Counted from the first letter of the stretch, positions 17,164-26,820 are shown. The stretch: DNA of 64,000 nt from an uncultured Oscillospiraceae bacterium (GCA_964558655.1 CAZLEX010000003.1:4975-68974), one strand, 5' to 3'. Translations and numbers: made by a program. The notes: generated by a model not told the origin, from the letters alone.

Positions 17164-18726
17164 ATGAACACTGTCCGAAAGGGAGAATATGCCTGCCTTT
17201 TGTATCGGGGAGAAGAAAACGTCAGGCTTGAGGAAGAAATTCGCCTTCCCGATTACTGTCCCGGTATAGTAAGGCTTATACGGGTGGAAGCAGTACCCGT
17301 TTTCGAAAAATGCACCACCAGGTTACGAGACACCGCACTCACGGTTGATGTGTCGGGAAATGTGGAATTTACCGTGCTTTATTACGACGCGGAGGGGAAT
17401 ATATGCACACACGGTTTTTCGGCCGATTTCTCGGAAAATTTCAAGAAAGAGCTGGGAAAAGACTGCAATGCAATTCCGTCGAGTATTTTCGGTTTCGTTA
17501 CTCCCACAGCACTTCGCTCTTATCCGAAAGTCATGGCACCCGACAGGCTTCTTTCACGCTTTGAAATGACACTTTCGTTCGATATTTACTGCAACGGAGA
17601 ATACAGTGCCTACGATGCGGGTGAGGCGGTTGCATCGCACAAGGCCGATGCCGATATGTGCGAGAGCAACATCGCACAGATAATTTCCTCAAAAAGCGAG
17701 AATTTTACGCTCACGCAAGAGATAAAGATTCCCTCGTCTCTTCCGCCCTGCGAGAAAGTTCTGTCGGTGTCGGCAATTGTTTTGCCCGAATCAAATCACC
17801 CGTCGGACGATTCGGTATCCGTTTTTTCAAATGTGCTTTTCAGCGTTTTGTATCTTGCCGAGAATACGGGGGAGGCGGTGAGTTTTTACCAGCCGGTAGA
17901 GGTTCGCGATGTGATTGAGTGTGACGATTGCGCACAGGATTCCGTCTGCCGTATTCGTGCTTCGGCGGGAGGCGGCGAATGTGCCGTGCTTCCAGACAGT
18001 TTCGGCGAGATGAGAGTTTTCTCACTCACACTGCCCTATACCTTAAACTGCCTTGTTTTTGAGAATACGGAAAACACTTTTGTAAGCGATATTTACTGCA
18101 TAGGAGGCGGTTGCGAAAAAGAGTACGAAGCGAAAGATTTTTCGGAGTGTGTGGGAACGCTTTCGGAATCTTTGCCTTTTCGCCGTAGTTTTCAGCTTAA
18201 AGGTGATATCCAATCGGTAAAGAGCGTAAGTGTTCATACATTTGTGAAATCCTGTGAGGTGAACTCATCTTCGGCGTTTGCCGATGTGACGCTTTTTGTT
18301 TCGGCACTTGTAGAAGACAGTCAAAGGGGACTTGTCGAAAGCGAACAGACGCAGAATGTTAAAGTCGAAATGAATGTGCCCGAGAGCATTATTTCAAAAT
18401 TTTCTTCGGAAAATCTGTTTTGTGATGCCGAAGTTTACTGTGCTTTTGCCGACGGAAATATTTGCGACGGCGAGCTTGAGGTGACGGGCGAATTTGTCAC
18501 ACGGGCTATTGTCTTTAAAAGAAACTGCGTCAAATATGTGAGCGGTGTTGAGTTTTCTCAAAACGATTGCAAAAAATGCAAAACCGTATTTTATTATCCC
18601 TCAAAGGAGGATACCCTCTGGACTGTGGGACAAAGATACGGAGTGGAGCGGGAAAAAATACGGCAGGCGAATAAAATGGAAACGGATACGCTTCCCGCAG
18701 TTTGCCTGATACCGTTTGAAAAATAA
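17164..18726 (+). CDS. DUF3794 (SPOCS)-like protein with C-terminal LysM domain
   Basis: ATG at 17164 follows AGGAGAAG. The C-terminal segment YYPSKEDTLWTVGQRYGVEREKIRQANKM...LIP is LysM-like. Repeated beta-rich modules resemble SafA-type DUF3794 proteins. Confidence 0.65.
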   Translation: MNTVRKGEYACLLYRGEENVRLEEEIRLPDYCPGIVRLIRVEAVPVFEKCTTRLRDTALTVDVSGNVEFTVLYYDAEGNICTHGFSADFSENFKKELGKDCNAIPSSIFGFVTPTALRSYPKVMAPDRLLSRFEMTLSFDIYCNGEYSAYDAGEAVASHKADADMCESNIAQIISSKSENFTLTQEIKIPSSLPPCEKVLSVSAIVLPESNHPSDDSVSVFSNVLFSVLYLAENTGEAVSFYQPVEVRDVIECDDCAQDSVCRIRASAGGGECAVLPDSFGEMRVFSLTLPYTLNCLVFENTENTFVSDIYCIGGGCEKEYEAKDFSECVGTLSESLPFRRSFQLKGDIQSVKSVSVHTFVKSCEVNSSSAFADVTLFVSALVEDSQRGLVESEQTQNVKVEMNVPESIISKFSSENLFCDAEVYCAFADGNICDGELEVTGEFVTRAIVFKRNCVKYVSGVEFSQNDCKKCKTVFYYPSKEDTLWTVGQRYGVEREKIRQANKMETDTLPAVCLIPFEK

Positions 18727-18763
18727 AAAGGCGTGATTTTTTCATCAAGCTCATAAATACAAA

Positions 18764-18796
18764 GTCGGACACTTTTAAATGTGTCCGGCTGTTTTT
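18764..18796 (+). terminator. Intrinsic terminator between convergent genes
   Basis: GTCGGACAC-8 nt-GTGTCCGGC followed by TGTTTTTGT. Confidence 0.65.
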
Positions 18797-18805
18797 GTAT
18801 AAGGG

Positions 18806-20086
18806 TTAATCCTGAAGAAGTTTCTCTATGCAGGCGATTTTCGCACAGGTTACGAGAACTTCGATTGCCTGCCTGAGTTCATCGATGCTCGGATAAGACG
18901 GTGCGATTCTTATGTTCCTGTCACGCGGATCGTTTCCGTAAGGATATGTGGCACCCGCTTCGGTGAGCTTAACTCCGAGTTCGGCACACATGGCAACGGT
19001 TTTTTTAGCCGTTTGGTCAAGAAGATTAAGGCTTACAAAGTAACCGCCGAGAGGGTGCGTCCAGGAAGCAATGTCTCCGTTTTCAAATTCTCTCTCAAGT
19101 ACGCCTAAAACCGTCTCGAATTTGGGACGCATGATTGCCGCATGACGCTTCATGTGCTCTCTTACGCCGTCGGCGTTTTTGAAAAATTTAACATGGCGTG
19201 CCTGATTGATTTTGTCGTGTCCGATTGTCTGTACAAGCATTTGAGAAGAAGCTCTCTCTATGTTGCGTCTGCTTGATACAAGCACGCTCACGCCCGAGCC
19301 GGGATAGGATATTTTGGAGGTTGAGGCGAACATGTACGCCATATCTTCTTTGCCGGTTTTTTTAAGCTCATCGAAAAGATTGAGAAGCGTGTCGCTTTTG
19401 TCTTCGTAAAGGTCGTGAATAAAATAAGCATTGTCATAGAAAATTCTGAAGTCGGGTGCTTTGGGGTTGAGGGAAGCGAAACGGCGTACCGTCTCGTCCG
19501 AATATGTAATTCCGTCCGGATTTGAGTATTTCGGCACACACCATATACCCTTAACCGTGCTGTCGGTGCTTACGATTCTCTCGATTTCGTCCATGTCGGG
19601 ACCGGTCGGGGTCATCTCGACGGGAATCATCGCAATACCCATTTTTTCGGTAATTCTGAAATGCCTGTCATAACCGGGAACGGGACAAATAAACTTTATT
19701 TCACCCGCATCTTTCCAGGCGGGAGAAGTGCCGTCGGTGCCGAAAAGCATTGCACGGACGAGCATGTCGTACATTATGTTAAGAGAGCTGTTTCCGCATA
19801 CCATGACATTTTGAGCATCTACCTCAAGAAGATCGGCAAAGAATTTTTTACACTCCGGTATGCCGTCGATGACGCCGTAATTGCGTAAATCAACCGACGG
19901 TGACAGAACGCAATCCTCACCTGTCAGGCAGGTGAGCATACCGTCTGAAAGCTCAAGCTGTTCACGGCAGGGTTTTCCCCGTGACATATCAAGGTTCAAT
20001 GCGAGGCTTTTGAGTTCGCCGTATTTTTTTCTGAGTTCGCCGAGCTGTGAAAGAAGTTCTTCACGCTTTGCATTTTTGTATTGCAT
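18806..20086 (-). CDS. PLP-dependent aminotransferase (class I/II fold)
   Basis: 426 aa with the N-terminal LNLDMSRGKP motif and a STSKISYPGSG lysine region, typical of the aspartate-aminotransferase-like family. Confidence 0.75.
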   Translation of the reverse strand: MQYKNAKREELLSQLGELRKKYGELKSLALNLDMSRGKPCREQLELSDGMLTCLTGEDCVLSPSVDLRNYGVIDGIPECKKFFADLLEVDAQNVMVCGNSSLNIMYDMLVRAMLFGTDGTSPAWKDAGEIKFICPVPGYDRHFRITEKMGIAMIPVEMTPTGPDMDEIERIVSTDSTVKGIWCVPKYSNPDGITYSDETVRRFASLNPKAPDFRIFYDNAYFIHDLYEDKSDTLLNLFDELKKTGKEDMAYMFASTSKISYPGSGVSVLVSSRRNIERASSQMLVQTIGHDKINQARHVKFFKNADGVREHMKRHAAIMRPKFETVLGVLEREFENGDIASWTHPLGGYFVSLNLLDQTAKKTVAMCAELGVKLTEAGATYPYGNDPRDRNIRIAPSYPSIDELRQAIEVLVTCAKIACIEKLLQD

Positions 20087-20261
20087 AAAAACTTTGTCTC
20101 CTTAGTATTTTTCGAATTTTGTATATATTACAATAAAATCTTAAGAATGTCAAGCCGTAATCCGTGATTTCACAAAAAAATTTTCGGTTGTGTCTGCTTT
20201 GAATAAAAAATAATGGATAAGTTAAAAATATATTTGAAAAAAAGTAAAGGAGTTTTTGAAA

Positions 20262-20609
20262 ATGACTGTAAAAAGAGGGGATATTTTTTACGCCGATTTA
20301 AGTCCCGTTATCGGCTCCGAGCAGGGAGGAATCCGTCCCGTCGTAATCGTACAGAACGATGTGGGAAACCGCCACAGTCCGACGGTGATAGCCGCCGCAA
20401 TTACCAGTAAAACCGATAAGACACGCCTCCCTACGCATATAGATGTCACAGCAGACGCTCTCGGACTTTCAAAAAATTCGGTTATACTTCTTGAACAGGT
20501 GCGAACCATTGACAAAGCGAGACTGCGTGAAAAAATGGGGCATCTCACTCCGGATACAATGGCGAGAGTCGACGGTGCGATATCCGTGTCTTTCGGGCTT
20601 AACGCATAA
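20262..20609 (+). CDS. mazF: MazF/EndoA-type endoribonuclease toxin
   Basis: Near-colinear with B. subtilis EndoA: VKRGDIFYADLSPVIGSEQGGIRPVVIVQNDVGNRHSPTVIAAAITS...LPTHI...SVILLEQVRTIDK. ATG at 20262 follows AAGGAG. Confidence 0.9.
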   Translation: MTVKRGDIFYADLSPVIGSEQGGIRPVVIVQNDVGNRHSPTVIAAAITSKTDKTRLPTHIDVTADALGLSKNSVILLEQVRTIDKARLREKMGHLTPDTMARVDGAISVSFGLNA

Positions 20610-20618
20610 AAACCGAAA

Positions 20619-20656
20619 ACGGCTGTCGGTGATAATGATACATACAGCCGTATTTT
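20619..20656 (+). terminator. Candidate terminator between mazF and queT
   Basis: ACGGCTGT-17 nt loop-ACAGCCGT followed by ATTTTAT. Confidence 0.4.
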
Positions 20657-20669
20657 ATGCCGGTGAAAG

Positions 20670-21155
20670 TTATCTTTTGCCGGCTTTCCTTTTGTCGAGA
20701 AATATCATCATCGCTGTGCCGAACACTCCGCAGGATATAAATTCTCCTATAAAAACGGTTAAGTATATAAAGGGGAGTGCTGTGTCTGTGCCGGTATAAA
20801 AATATTTGAGTACGAGCGGAACGGTGAGGGTGTTTGCCGTAATTGTCACCAACGGTGCAAGACGGCGTGAGAAGTGCATTTTTGCCGTAATTGCTGCGGC
20901 AATGAGGGTTGTGAGACTGCCGACAACAGTGTCGACAGGCGTACAGCCGGTAAAAATGTTTGAAATTATGCACCCGACGAACAGTCCCGGTACGGCTGAT
21001 TTGTAATAGAGCGGAAGCACGGTAAGCATTTCCGAAAGTCTTAACTGTATAATTCCGCCGGAAAGTCCGAAGATTGCAGAAATTTCGGTCAGAATTACAT
21101 AGAGGCACGCTATGAGTGCACCCTGTGCGATGTAATGTGCACGGTCTTTTTTCAT
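20670..21155 (-). CDS. queT: Queuosine-precursor transporter QueT (ECF S-component-like)
   Basis: Start moved to MKKDRAHYIAQGALIACLYVILTE (ATG 21155, RBS AAGGAGAA). About 161 aa, polytopic, with a preQ1 riboswitch immediately upstream. Confidence 0.75.
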   Translation of the reverse strand: MKKDRAHYIAQGALIACLYVILTEISAIFGLSGGIIQLRLSEMLTVLPLYYKSAVPGLFVGCIISNIFTGCTPVDTVVGSLTTLIAAAITAKMHFSRRLAPLVTITANTLTVPLVLKYFYTGTDTALPFIYLTVFIGEFISCGVFGTAMMIFLDKRKAGKR

Positions 21156-21162
21156 TGTTTTT

Positions 21163-21204
21163 CTCCTTAGTTTTGTTTTAGGTGAGGATGGTTTCGAACT
21201 CACC
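21163..21204 (-). promoter_or_regulatory. preQ1-I riboswitch
   Basis: Minus strand reads GGUGAG-UUCGAAACCAUC-CUCACC-UAAAACAAAACUAAGGAG: a 6-bp P1, a 12-nt loop ending in C, then an A-rich tail ending ACUAAGG that includes the SD. Compare the B. subtilis queC element ...CCUCUAUAAAAAACUAAGG. Confidence 0.65.
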
Positions 21205-21216
21205 GTAATTTGCCGT

Positions 21217-21242
21217 AAAAATACAGGCGGGAAAACCGCCTG
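21217..21242 (-). terminator. Intrinsic terminator of murA
   Basis: Minus strand reads CAGGCGG-TTTTC-CCGCCTG-TATTTTT. Confidence 0.75.
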
Positions 21243-21279
21243 TAAGTGTATCATATTATGGAATAAAAGTCAAATAAAT

Positions 21280-22557
21280 TCACTGACTGTCGGAAGATGT
21301 GACGATTTTGATATCGGCACCGACCGCACGAAGCTTTCCGACAATGTCTTCATATCCTCTCTGAATGTGAAAAATATCGTCAATTTCCGTTCTGCCCTTT
21401 GCCGCAAGTCCCGCTACAACCATGGCGGCTCCCGCACGCAAGTCGATTGCACGGACTCTGGCACCCGCAAGACAGCCGGACTTTCCGTTTATGTTTGCGA
21501 CCGTGTTGTCGGAGACCGTTATGTCGGCTCCCATTCTTTTAAGTTCCTCTACATATCTGAAACGGTTGTCCCAAACGCCCTCAATCATTCTGCTTTTCCC
21601 GTCGGCAAGGCACATAAGCGTGCACATTTGGGGATTCATATCTGTCGGAAAACCCGGATAGGGCTGTGTCCTGACATTTATCGCCGACAGCTTTGAGGAA
21701 ATGCTTACGGTGACCGATTCGTCCTCTTCCTCCACCGTCGCTCCCATTTCTTCAAGCTTTGAGGATATGGATTCAAGGTGTTTCGGAATAATATTGGAAA
21801 TTTTAAGTTTTCCGTGAGTTGCCGCCGCAAGCACCATGAAAGTGCCTGCCTCAATCATGTCGGGAATAATTCCGTATGTAACTCCGTGCAATTTGGAAAC
21901 TCCCGTTATTTTTATTGTATCCGTTCCCGCACCGATTATTTTGGCTCCGCAGGCGTTGAGAAAGTTTGCAGTATCGACGATGTGAGGTTCTCTTGCGGCA
22001 TTTTCTATAACCGTCACGCCTTTTGCCTTGACGGCGGCAAGCATGATGTTAATCGTAGCCCCCACCGAAACCACATCCATAAAGACCGAGCCTCCGCAGA
22101 GTCCTCCGTCGGTAAGTGCGATAATGTGCCTGTCGTTTACCGATACTTCGGCCCCGAGTGCCTCAAAGCCCTTAATGTGCTGGTCAATCGGTCTTATCCC
22201 GAAATCACAGCCTCCGGGACAGGCGACATTTGTCCTGCCGAAGCGTGCGAGCTCGGCACCCAATATGTAATAGGACGCTCTCATTTTGCGTACAAGTTCA
22301 TCGGGGGAGGAACAGGGAGTGATGTTTCTTGAGTCTATTTTTACACAGCCTTTGGAAAGACGGGTGACTGTTGCCCCCATAGCTTCCAAAATCTCAAGAG
22401 AACGGTTTACATCGCTTATATCGGGAATATTTTCTATAATACATTCGTCTTCTATCATGATGTTGGCCAAAAGAATCGCAACCGCAGCATTTTTCATGCC
22501 CGAAATTTGAATTTCTCCGATTAACGGTTTTCCGCCGTTTATTACCAGTTTATCCAT
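21280..22557 (-). CDS. murA: UDP-N-acetylglucosamine 1-carboxyvinyltransferase
   Basis: 425 aa: MDKLVINGGKPLIGEIQISGMKNAAV..., active-site region CPGGCDFGIRPIDQH, and C-terminal HIQRGYEDI. Confidence 0.95.
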   Translation of the reverse strand: MDKLVINGGKPLIGEIQISGMKNAAVAILLANIMIEDECIIENIPDISDVNRSLEILEAMGATVTRLSKGCVKIDSRNITPCSSPDELVRKMRASYYILGAELARFGRTNVACPGGCDFGIRPIDQHIKGFEALGAEVSVNDRHIIALTDGGLCGGSVFMDVVSVGATINIMLAAVKAKGVTVIENAAREPHIVDTANFLNACGAKIIGAGTDTIKITGVSKLHGVTYGIIPDMIEAGTFMVLAAATHGKLKISNIIPKHLESISSKLEEMGATVEEEDESVTVSISSKLSAINVRTQPYPGFPTDMNPQMCTLMCLADGKSRMIEGVWDNRFRYVEELKRMGADITVSDNTVANINGKSGCLAGARVRAIDLRAGAAMVVAGLAAKGRTEIDDIFHIQRGYEDIVGKLRAVGADIKIVTSSDSQ

Positions 22558-22662
22558 TATGATAAATAAATCCTTTCAAGATTGCAAAATCGCAGAGTTT
22601 TGATGCTGTGTGTATATTTTAACACATATTTCGTAAAAAAGGAATAGAAAATGAAAAAAATG

Positions 22663-23523
22663 TCAATATCTTTGTGTACAGCTTGTGGCGTCGTATACGC
22701 TTTCTTCTCCGTCCGCAAAGGTTATTTTGTAGGAGGGAGTCATGTAAACATCGCCGTTTTCCGCCCTGACGGGATAGTAAATAAGTTCTATTTTTTTAAT
22801 TTCACATTCGGAAAGTGTGAAAAGAAAATTGAGAGCGTCAAGAGAATTTGCCTTTAACTGTGTAAGAGTGCCGGCAAAGAACAAAGTACCCTCTGCACGA
22901 AGGAGCGAGCCGTCCTTAAGCGCAACGGTAATTACTGCTTTGTCAATCTGCACGGAGTTTATCTTTTGAACAAAACCGATGTATAAAATTCCGTCGGCGT
23001 CTGTGAAAGAGCCGGTTGCCTCAAGAGAAAAATCGCCGTTACCCAGCCCCGCAAAAAGCTTGTCGGAAAGCTTTTCGGCGTATTTTGAGGCTGATTTTTC
23101 GGGGGGACTGTTCCGGAGTTTCTCCAAAATCCGCTCTTCGAAATCAGCCGTGCCGTCCAGAGCGTATTCAAAGGTGCCCTCGTCGTAAAAAGAGAGAGTT
23201 TCTCTCTCGTTAGTGTATCCCACGCCGTTCGGAATGACATACCGGGCAAAAGAACTTTTCATAATGCTTTTTGCCGTTTTTTCATAAACCGTGTCGGATA
23301 TCGCAAGCTTAAGGACGGATGGGACGGTTTTTTCTTCGGGAAGTGTGCCGATATCCGTTACAATTCCTCTTTCGGCAAGTATTTTTACCGCAAGCTCCAT
23401 TTCCCCGTCGCTGTACAGCTTATCGGAATCCGAGTATGCTTTGTATTGATAAACAAAGAAAATATTTACCGCGAGAAACATGACAATGAGCAGGAGCTTC
23501 AGTTTTGACGAATTCATACGCAC
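22663..23523 (-). CDS. YycI-like regulatory protein of the WalRK system
   Basis: 286 aa with an N-terminal anchor LKLLLIVMFLAVNIFFVYQY like YycI. Fourth gene after the response regulator, histidine kinase and YycH-like gene. Confidence 0.55.
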   Translation of the reverse strand: MRMNSSKLKLLLIVMFLAVNIFFVYQYKAYSDSDKLYSDGEMELAVKILAERGIVTDIGTLPEEKTVPSVLKLAISDTVYEKTAKSIMKSSFARYVIPNGVGYTNERETLSFYDEGTFEYALDGTADFEERILEKLRNSPPEKSASKYAEKLSDKLFAGLGNGDFSLEATGSFTDADGILYIGFVQKINSVQIDKAVITVALKDGSLLRAEGTLFFAGTLTQLKANSLDALNFLFTLSECEIKKIELIYYPVRAENGDVYMTPSYKITFADGEESVYDATSCTQRY

Positions 23524-23530
23524 ACTCCTT

Positions 23531-24973
23531 TCATTTAACGCTTATCCATGTGGCAGAGGTGGGCAGACCGTACTCTTTTACCGTATAAACAAGCAGAAAA
23601 TCTTTTGTATCGGTGAAATTGTCACCTTTAAGCAGAGAGACCGCCAAAAGCTTTGAAATGTCGGATTTTATGAGTGTATCCGAATATTCTTCCGAAGGGT
23701 CCTCATATTCCGTTTCGAGAAGTATCATGGATACGGCGGTAAGCCCCTTGTCGTCAAAAGTGAGACTTATTTCGTAATTCTCGTCTTCCCCGACAATGCG
23801 GCAGAGATTTTCGTAATATCCGAATGTGTATACCGTTTGGTTTCCCTCCCGCCTTATTCCGCAAAGCAGAAGACGGGCGTCCTCTCCGATAAAGTCCCCT
23901 TTGAATTTATCCAAAAACGCCGTTGCGGCGGCAATCTGTTCAAATGAAGAAAACTGCGTGCGTTCGCTTTCCAACAGGTCGGACAGGGTTATCTGAGCTT
24001 CTGTGTCACGGCTCAGGGCGTATTCGACAACACCCTTCTGACTTACGGTGAGACGGCTGCTTGAATTTACGAAAACCAGCGTCGCTTCGGCGTCCGTATA
24101 AACTCCGACAGTGGAGGGATTAATGTCGAATTTTTCCAAAAGCGTTGCCAATTCCGAATCGGAAACGGGGGAGTAAGTGTTTCTTCCTTGCACAAACTGT
24201 ATATTTTGAAGCAGATTAATCACGGTGTTGTGAACCGAAACCGAATTTAAACGGGCGGGTTCATCCGTTAAAACACAGTCGTTCGGCAGTGAAGAGGAAA
24301 TTTTTTTGTCCGTGTTGATTTGTGCATCGAAAAAGTCTTTATTAACAGTATATGCGGTAATATTGTTGCTGTTAAAATCGTAAATCATCGCCGTTGAGGC
24401 AGAAGTGGCTGCGGAAAAGTAAAAATAATTTTCTTCACCGTCTTTTGAGAGAGCCGAAACGGTGTTTGCGTCTTCCGAAAAGAGCAGAAGTTTTTTAACC
24501 GTGCACAGTTCTCCGGAACAAAATTCGTCAGGTCTGTTGTCAAAGGCACATATTGTCAGATAGGGGAGAGCTTCGGGAAATTCGACGAGAATGTAATCGC
24601 TTTCTTTGAGAGCACTCTCCCACTTTTCCACCGTCGCTTTTGAACAGACATATGCGTCGGAAAAAACTTCTTTTGCGAGAAATTTTATGTTTTCCCAGAT
24701 TTTCTCCGTCAGTTTTTCGTTGGTTTCTGTCGTGTATGCACTGCCGTCTGCGACAAGAGTAACCGCGAGTGGCGAAAAATATTCGGTGTTTGCACTGTAT
24801 TGAGTATGCGAATTTGTTTTTTCGGTGAAAATCCAGAGATTTGAGTCGAGAATCTGCGTGTCTTCATCTTCGTTTGAAAAACGCAGCTGCATATTTTTTA
24901 CCCAGAGAAACAGCATGAGCAAAACAAGAAAAATTATAAGTGCGCTTTTCGCTTTTTCCGCGTATTTTCTCAT
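23531..24973 (-). CDS. YycH-like regulatory protein of the WalRK system
   Basis: 480 aa with a single N-terminal TM and a large extracytoplasmic domain, immediately downstream of the kinase. Assigned by position and topology. Confidence 0.55.
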   Translation of the reverse strand: MRKYAEKAKSALIIFLVLLMLFLWVKNMQLRFSNEDEDTQILDSNLWIFTEKTNSHTQYSANTEYFSPLAVTLVADGSAYTTETNEKLTEKIWENIKFLAKEVFSDAYVCSKATVEKWESALKESDYILVEFPEALPYLTICAFDNRPDEFCSGELCTVKKLLLFSEDANTVSALSKDGEENYFYFSAATSASTAMIYDFNSNNITAYTVNKDFFDAQINTDKKISSSLPNDCVLTDEPARLNSVSVHNTVINLLQNIQFVQGRNTYSPVSDSELATLLEKFDINPSTVGVYTDAEATLVFVNSSSRLTVSQKGVVEYALSRDTEAQITLSDLLESERTQFSSFEQIAAATAFLDKFKGDFIGEDARLLLCGIRREGNQTVYTFGYYENLCRIVGEDENYEISLTFDDKGLTAVSMILLETEYEDPSEEYSDTLIKSDISKLLAVSLLKGDNFTDTKDFLLVYTVKEYGLPTSATWISVK

Positions 24974-24990
24974 ACCGCTTCTCCTTTGTC

Positions 24991-26799
24991 TTAATTGATG
25001 TAGTTAGCTTTTTTCGGCAGATATACCGTTATCTGCGTGCCTTTTTTTATTTCGGAGTCAATCGTGATAGTTCCTCCGTGCTCCAGAGTTATCTCTTTTG
25101 CGATTGCAAGTCCCAGACCGGTTCCGCCCTTGTCGGAATTGCGTGCCTTTTCGACACGGTAAAATCTTTCGAATATGTGCGGAAGGTCCTCGGCGGGTAT
25201 ACCGATTCCGTTGTCGGTTACCCGTACGGTAAACCAGTCGTTTTTCCCGAGAGAAAGAGGAGAACAGTCTTCAAAATAGTCGCAGAAAATTTCAATCGTG
25301 CCGTTGTTCTGAGTGTACTTGACGGCGTTTTGAATAATGTTCAGAATGACCTGTTCGACTTTTTCACGGTCGGCTTCCATATTGGGCATATCCTTGTCGG
25401 ATTTTTTAAGTATGAGTTTGTGAGAGGCTTTGTCGGCTTCGCTCTTTACCACATCGGTACACTGACCGAGCAGACCGAAAAGAGAGAAAGAGGACGGTTT
25501 CCACATCATTCGGCGGTTGTCAAGTCTTGACAGAACGAGCAAATCTTTTACGATGTGCGACATACGGTCGCTTTCTCCTATTACCATTTGCAGAAAACGG
25601 CTCTGCATTTCCTGAGGCATTTCGGGATTGCCGGCTATTGTTTCGGCGGCTCCCTTTATGCTTGTGAGCGGGGTGCCGAGTTCGTGAGAGACATTGGCGA
25701 TGAATTCTCTTCTTGATTTTTCAAGTTCGAAATGTTCGGTTATGTCGTGAAGTACGGTTATATACCCTCCGAAAGAGCCTTCGGCAAGGTCGAATCTGAA
25801 CCGGCCGAAACTTATGTCGAAAACTTTGTCCCGATACACAACATTGTTTAGGAGAAGAGCGTCGTTTTCTTCAACCGACAGCCCTTCGCTCAGGCTGTCG
25901 AGATTAAGTTCTTCGATAAGTCTTGAGAGAGTGAGATTATCCGCGTCGGTAAACAGTTCTTTTGCCTCCGGATTTATGTGCATTGTGTTTCCGTCGCCGT
26001 CAAAAGCGATAACGCTGTCTTTGAGGTAATAGAAAATCGTTTCGAGTTTTTGCCGTTCTCCCGAAATATCTTTCATGGTGTTTTCCAGATTTTCCGCCAT
26101 TTTGTTAAAAGTCGAGGTCAGGGTTCCTATTTCGTCGTTTGAATAAACGGTGAGCTTTTCACCGAAATTTCCTTCGGAAACATGGGTTGCTTTTTTTGTT
26201 ATTTTTCTTATGGGAGCGGTTATGGCTCTCGATAAGAAAAACGAGAGAACAAGTGCGACGAGAAGCCCTATGAGAAGCGAATGAATGAGTATTGTAAATA
26301 CCATGCGGGAGAAATCTCTCATTTCTTCGCAGGTGTCGGACACATAGACAATTACGGAGTTTTCGCCGTCGTCGGAGCTGATAAGCACCGCATAATCCAT
26401 GATTTTGTTTCCCGCACTTTGCTCATGAGAAGATGTGCCGGAGATGGCCGAGAGGAGATTGTGCGTCTTTGTTATGTTACGGTTTTCCTCGTCGGTCGAA
26501 CCCGAAAGATAATTGCCGTCTTTGTCGAGTATGTAGTAATTTCGGTAAGAATCGACACCTATACGGGCGGAATGAGCCCAGAGAGCGTTTTTCATCTGCT
26601 CTTCGAAGTTTTTCGTGCCAAGCAGGGCTGAAAGCTCCTTCTTTAAACTGTCCGTAAACACTTCGTCCTGTTGAGATACGAATTCTTCCTTGTAATACTC
26701 AAAAATGTTGCTTATGAGTATGGTGCCCACCACCGTCATTACCGATATTATCAGCGACACCAGAATAAGCATGATTTTGAATTGCAGTTTCTTATACAA
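24991..26799 (-). CDS. walK: Sensor histidine kinase, WalK-like
   Basis: 602 aa: two TM segments, HAMP, a PAS-like region, H-box SHELGTPLTSIKG, an N box, and G boxes DNGIGI and GGTGLGLAI. Operon context includes YycH/I-like genes. Confidence 0.7.
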   Translation of the reverse strand: MYKKLQFKIMLILVSLIISVMTVVGTILISNIFEYYKEEFVSQQDEVFTDSLKKELSALLGTKNFEEQMKNALWAHSARIGVDSYRNYYILDKDGNYLSGSTDEENRNITKTHNLLSAISGTSSHEQSAGNKIMDYAVLISSDDGENSVIVYVSDTCEEMRDFSRMVFTILIHSLLIGLLVALVLSFFLSRAITAPIRKITKKATHVSEGNFGEKLTVYSNDEIGTLTSTFNKMAENLENTMKDISGERQKLETIFYYLKDSVIAFDGDGNTMHINPEAKELFTDADNLTLSRLIEELNLDSLSEGLSVEENDALLLNNVVYRDKVFDISFGRFRFDLAEGSFGGYITVLHDITEHFELEKSRREFIANVSHELGTPLTSIKGAAETIAGNPEMPQEMQSRFLQMVIGESDRMSHIVKDLLVLSRLDNRRMMWKPSSFSLFGLLGQCTDVVKSEADKASHKLILKKSDKDMPNMEADREKVEQVILNIIQNAVKYTQNNGTIEIFCDYFEDCSPLSLGKNDWFTVRVTDNGIGIPAEDLPHIFERFYRVEKARNSDKGGTGLGLAIAKEITLEHGGTITIDSEIKKGTQITVYLPKKANYIN

Positions 26800-26820
26800 A
26801 CTTTCGGTCTCCTAACATAG

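Noticed and set aside
20213-20410. 65-aa ORF upstream of and overlapping mazF, considered as a MazE antitoxin
   Set aside because: It is out of frame with mazF and overlaps most of its N-terminal half. The product is an R/K/S-rich low-complexity peptide with no AbrB or RHH features.
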